IMG/VR virus record: IMGVR_UViG_2585427757_000007
Location: 1 to 9,133 of that record
Strand: one strand, 5' to 3'
Origin: a virus
Taxonomy: Duplodnaviria; Heunggongvirae; Uroviricota; Caudoviricetes
Length of the DNA stretch: 9,133 nt
Part shown: piece by piece, positions 6,307 through 9,133 of the stretch
Numbering within the stretch: the stretch's first letter is position 1
Layout: the number at the start of each line of letters is the position of its first letter
Translations under genes and position numbers: made by a program
Notes under the pieces: generated by a model
What the model was told of the DNA's origin: nothing
What the model saw: the letters and a program-made list of their open reading frames with translations, nothing else
The model's database searches: none

Positions 6307-6815
6307 ATTAATACTCCCTCCAATACTCCCATCGCTGCTTGTATTTTTTTTCTAATAGTCCCATCCGCACATTTCTTTCTTTTTGCGATCTTTCTCAAAG
6401 AAACGCCTATTACAAAGTGGGCAACAATTAACTCATATTCATCTATTTTATATTGTCTGAGTCTCAATATCCACTCATCAATCACTCGCCCTTCATCATC
6501 GCGGCTCTGGCGACGCAATTTTTTACCATGAGGCACAACATCTTTATATTTATCAGCCACTTGCTGCCAGTTGATAGAACTATTTCCAGCTACAGCCCAA
6601 GCTCCCCAACAGTCCAAAATATCATATATATTAGCATTGCTATCTACCTGTTTTTTATATTCTTTTTTGAAGCGAGCAAGAAGCATCCTGGCCATCGTTA
6701 TTATTTCTATACTTGTAACTGATTCATAAGCATCAGGAGAAATAATCCTCCCATCACTTAATGCCCTTTCACTAAGATTTGCTATTTCCAATAATCGTTC
6801 TTTAGTTATTTCCAT
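6300..6815 (-). CDS. Q933/QuuD-family (PF06530-type) antiterminator-like protein with about 60-aa N-terminal extension (gene C), 171 aa
   Basis: Preferred start is ATG 6815..6813 with SD GGAG 7 nt upstream; the track ORF starts at GTG 6827. It shares a WGAWA motif and the C-terminal block ELIVAHFVIGVSLRKIAKRKKCADGTIRKKIQAAMGVLEGVLML with the DLP12/933W-type Q protein as I recall it (...LLVDYYVVGMTF...CSDGYIGKRLQKAEGIIEGMLMAL); this region also resembles a sigma-70 region-4 HTH. About 38-40% GC. Confidence 0.7.
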   Translation of the reverse strand: MEITKERLLEIANLSERALSDGRIISPDAYESVTSIEIITMARMLLARFKKEYKKQVDSNANIYDILDCWGAWAVAGNSSINWQQVADKYKDVVPHGKKLRRQSRDDEGRVIDEWILRLRQYKIDEYELIVAHFVIGVSLRKIAKRKKCADGTIRKKIQAAMGVLEGVLML

Positions 6816-6826
6816 TATTATCTCCA

Positions 6827-6842
6827 CCGCCCTTTCGGGCGG
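6827..6842 (-). other. GC-rich hairpin immediately upstream of the gene C ribosome-binding site
   Basis: CCGCCC (6827-6832) / GGGCGG (6837-6842), a perfect 6-bp GC stem; on the minus strand the loop is GAAA (a GNRA-type tetraloop). No U-tract follows on either strand, so it is not a classical terminator. It abuts the SD of gene C. Confidence 0.4.
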
Positions 6843-6929
6843 CCTCCTGATGTTCTGAGGGTGCAGAAATCCCTCCGGTTAAGGATTAAATTTTATTTAC
6901 AGTGCTGGATTTAATTATTCAGATTTGGA

Positions 6930-7205
6930 TTATGCTTTCTCTTCACTCCGGTATACAAGAATTACAACGTCACCTCTGCTAATCACGCGAGCTGGCTCTC
7001 CTGGTTCTATACTGTCAATATCGAAGGTCTCAAAAAACGCATTCATTGCCTTCTGCCGCTGCGTCTGTTTACAGCGTTTATTCCATTCTTTCAGTAACAT
7101 CAGTGACAGCCACCGCCATGAGCAGAACATGATGTAGCACCAACCAAGAAGCGCCAGCCCCGTATTGAGGGCCGTACCAATCGTCATTGTTGCGTCGATA
7201 TTCAC
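6930..7205 (-). CDS. Small hypothetical membrane protein (91 aa)
   Basis: GTG start at 7205 preceded by a strong SD AGGAGGAGG; the start overlaps the stop of the upstream gene (GTGA at 7202-7205). Hydrophobic stretch IGTALNTGLALLGWCYIMFCSWRWLSLMLL. Confidence 0.6.
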   Translation of the reverse strand: MNIDATMTIGTALNTGLALLGWCYIMFCSWRWLSLMLLKEWNKRCKQTQRQKAMNAFFETFDIDSIEPGEPARVISRGDVVILVYRSEEKA

Positions 7206-7498
7206 TGTACCTCCTCCTGGAAAATAACTGCATGCCCCAGTTTCTCCGCCAGCGCCAGTTCTGCCTTAGCGCCTGCTGACCGCTGCCAGCCTTTCAGCAT
7301 GTAAATCGCATCCACACAACGAATCATTGCCATGCAAATATCCATGTAGTGCGGCTGTGTCAGCCCGTCCGGAAGCACAGCCGGATTTAAAACGGTATGC
7401 CCTTCCCGTTTCAGTTCCTCTTCTGCCTTGTGAAACGCCTCACGGTTGAAATTTTCATACCCCGTCATTGGACCGGCGATATAAACCCTCACCCTCAC
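7202..7498 (-). CDS. DUF4406 / nucleoside 2-deoxyribosyltransferase-like small protein (98 aa)
   Basis: N-terminal VYIAGPMTG motif typical of this fold. GTG start at 7498 preceded by SD AGGAGG (spacing about 7); GTGA overlap with the upstream stop. Confidence 0.6.
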   Translation of the reverse strand: MRVRVYIAGPMTGYENFNREAFHKAEEELKREGHTVLNPAVLPDGLTQPHYMDICMAMIRCVDAIYMLKGWQRSAGAKAELALAEKLGHAVIFQEEVQ

Positions 7499-7911
7499 GC
7501 CATCACCTCCTGAAAATTACCCTGATAAAATGCCAGCACACGCTGCATAACCTTGCTTTTCTGGCACTCGAGACAGATTATGTTCTGACGCCTGTCGTAG
7601 TGGCGTATCTCTCCATCTGGTAATGAATAAATCAGGCCAGGGTCGCTCTTCTTTTTCGCTGCACCTTTAGACATCTCTTTATGGGCTTTTATCCAGTCTT
7701 TACGTACCTGCTCAGAAGGGAATATTCCATGCCCTGAACCATATACAACACCACGGTCTACCAGTTCTTTCGCCAGAACTTCAATCAGATGTCTCGTCGC
7801 CCCTGTTTCATTTTCCAGTTGTTTACGCGTTTTCCTACCATCTCTGCGTACCAGTTCCACAATACGCGCCTTTACTTCTTCCCGTTGTTCGGGAGTAAAA
7901 ACTTTTACCAT
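7495..7911 (-). CDS. Hypothetical prophage protein (138 aa)
   Basis: ATG 7911 preceded by a strong SD AGGAGG. Follows the DnaC-like gene after a 14-nt gap. No motif recognised. Confidence 0.65.
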   Translation of the reverse strand: MVKVFTPEQREEVKARIVELVRRDGRKTRKQLENETGATRHLIEVLAKELVDRGVVYGSGHGIFPSEQVRKDWIKAHKEMSKGAAKKKSDPGLIYSLPDGEIRHYDRRQNIICLECQKSKVMQRVLAFYQGNFQEVMA

Positions 7912-7925
7912 AAGTCCTCCTGAAA

Positions 7926-8672
7926 TTACTTCACAACCCTCAGGTGTCTGACATTCGAACGCCAGCTCTCCCAGTTAAAATTCACCCAGCGACCACCGTT
8001 CATGACCATGCGGTCCATCACACGCTCGCCAAGAAGCGTACTCATCGCTACGTGGTTCAGGTTCGTCAGCATTCCGACACTACGCATCGAAGCCGTTCTG
8101 CGGTCGACTATCTGGTTCAGTGTGACCTGCTCGTTGCGCGTATCCCGCTGCATTCCGATTTCATCCAGGACAAGCAGGTCAACATCACACAACCCCTGTA
8201 AAAATTTTTCGCCTGAGTTTTTATTGTCGTAGCTGTTGTGTAACGCCAGCATCACATCAGCCACCGTTATCACAATCACGCTGCGACCTTTCGCCAGAAG
8301 ATGATTGCCAATGGCGGCTGCAAGGTGGTTCTTTCCGGTACCCGGCTTACCGCTGAACACAAAATTCGTGCACCCGGTCATCAGTTCGTCAGCGATGGAT
8401 TTTGCCTGGCTCAGCGCATGTTTTTGCCCGTCGTTCTGCACCTGATAATTCGCAAACGAGCATTTGCTGTGCAGAGGCTGGATGCCCGAACGATTCAGGA
8501 TTTTTTCCACCCGCAACTGGCGATTCTGGCGGTTGATCTCCTCGCTACGTTTTCGCCCTTCAGCCAGTTGCCACTCGCGCCACTCATCCACTGTCCGGTA
8601 CGGCGCGATTACATGCTGCGGGGTCAGCTTACGGATACGCTCAAGAACACCACCTGCCGCGATATTTTTCAT
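7926..8672 (-). CDS. dnaC: DnaC-like replicative helicase loader (IstB-like AAA+ ATPase), prophage copy
   Basis: Walker A FSGKPGTGKNHLAAAIG and Walker B DLLVLDEIG. Similar across the full length to E. coli DnaC as I recall it (RSGIQPLHSKCSFANYQV vs RSGIRPLHQNCSFENYRV; VTLNQIVDRR...GMLTN...LLGERVMDRM). Confidence 0.9.
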   Translation of the reverse strand: MKNIAAGGVLERIRKLTPQHVIAPYRTVDEWREWQLAEGRKRSEEINRQNRQLRVEKILNRSGIQPLHSKCSFANYQVQNDGQKHALSQAKSIADELMTGCTNFVFSGKPGTGKNHLAAAIGNHLLAKGRSVIVITVADVMLALHNSYDNKNSGEKFLQGLCDVDLLVLDEIGMQRDTRNEQVTLNQIVDRRTASMRSVGMLTNLNHVAMSTLLGERVMDRMVMNGGRWVNFNWESWRSNVRHLRVVK

Positions 8673-8678
8673 GGCCCG

Positions 8679-9133
8679 TTACCCCCTGAACCCCGGCGGA
8701 ATTTCGGTATCCGGCTCAGAAATATGATTCACACAACGCTGTACAGACGAACGCCCCAGGCGGATAACCAGTTCATCCCATTTTCCGCGAAGCTTTGACG
8801 GACTCATGATATTTTTTACCCAGAATGGATCCCGCTGCGCCCGACCAAACATTTCACAAATTTGTCTGTGAGTTCTGCCATCCAGCATCCGCATTGTGCG
8901 CACGTCGTTGGCCCATGCGGTCCAGTTGGGTTCTTTCGGTCGCGAAATCTCGCCATCATCGCTGGCGGCCTGCTCGTAAAGACTCACGATTCGTCCCCAG
9001 ATCCACTGCGCACACGCCAAATCCTCCTGATTGCCCCACTGGCGTTTTTTTGCACTGAACACAACCGCGTCAGGGTGTCGGGTTAAAAAATCCTGTTCAA
9101 CCGCCTGCGGGTCCGGTTGCGAAGCTTCCGGAC
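8679..9133 (-). CDS. DnaT-like (primosomal protein 1 C-terminal domain) replication protein; 5' end lies beyond the window
   Basis: The reading frame stays open from 9062 to the window edge (my translation of 9063-9131 has no stop). The C-terminus ...NHISEPDTEIPPGFRG matches the E. coli DnaT C-terminus (...SEPDSQIPPGFRG) as I recall it. Together with the DnaC-like gene this forms a dnaTC-like pair. Confidence 0.75.
   Translation of the reverse strand, partial: PEASQPDPQAVEQDFLTRHPDAVVFSAKKRQWGNQEDLACAQWIWGRIVSLYEQAASDDGEISRPKEPNWTAWANDVRTMRMLDGRTHRQICEMFGRAQRDPFWVKNIMSPSKLRGKWDELVIRLGRSSVQRCVNHISEPDTEIPPGFRG

Larger units (their letters stand above)
3780..6930. other. AT-rich accessory island (moron) carrying genes A, B and C inside the prophage
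   Basis: Visibly lower GC (about 30% in A and B, about 38-40% in C) than the flanking prophage backbone (about 50%). It contains the only plus-strand genes in the window. No integrase or transposase was recognised inside it. Confidence 0.7.
1..9133. mobile_element. Segment of a lambdoid prophage (replication module, nin-like region, Q-like region); neither end lies in the window
   Basis: Co-linear minus-strand set of phage-typical genes (DnaT-like, DnaC-like, Hok, YdfU/DUF968-like, RusA, Q-like) with overlapping start/stop codons; the YdfU-like/small gene/hok neighbourhood matches the Qin prophage of E. coli K-12 as I recall it. Confidence 0.8.

Noticed and set aside
6453-6722. ORF 6453..6722 (+), 89 aa
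   Set aside because: Antisense within gene C, which has strong family-level support.
6925-7137. ORF 6925..7137 (+), 70 aa
   Set aside because: Antisense to the SD-supported minus-strand gene 6930..7205.
7944-9086. Plus-strand ORFs 7944..8201, 8002..8232, 8301..8798, 8464..8727, 8825..9058 and 8862..9086
   Set aside because: All are antisense to the DnaC-like and DnaT-like genes, whose identities are well supported; the products are Arg/Ser/Pro-rich shadow frames.
1-9133. CRISPR arrays, tRNA/rRNA genes, IS elements or transposases, integrase, att sites
   Set aside because: No regularly spaced direct repeats, no tRNA-like cloverleaf candidates, and no transposase or integrase-like ORFs were seen. 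The prophage ends and att sites must lie outside this window.

Overview
This window reads as a segment of a lambdoid (Qin/DLP12-like mosaic) prophage from an Escherichia-like enterobacterial genome, with almost all backbone genes on the minus strand. Reading right to left: a DnaT-like protein (5' end outside the window) and a DnaC-like helicase loader, three tightly coupled small genes, then an AT-rich island of about 3.1 kb (roughly 3780-6930; about 30% GC by eye against about 50% in the flanks), then an apparently intact hok/mok type I toxin locus, two small genes, a YdfU/DUF968-like protein with an HNH-like Cys/His motif, RusA, a Q-like late regulator and a candidate 6S/tR'-like region. The island is the main lead. 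It carries a plus-strand two-gene operon: gene A is a divergent homologue of the nucleoid-associated protein YejK/NdpA (NA37 family), and the overlapping gene B encodes a protein of about 400 aa with C-terminal transmembrane helices and no motif I recognise. Convergent to these is gene C, a Q933/QuuD-family antiterminator homologue with an extra N-terminal region. I propose A-B as a candidate undescribed two-component module, either a DNA-sensing protein plus membrane effector (Rex-like abortive infection or exclusion) or a xenogeneic nucleoid regulator with a membrane partner. All family assignments rest on motifs read by eye and on sequences recalled from memory; no database search was possible, so they need HMM or structure-based confirmation.
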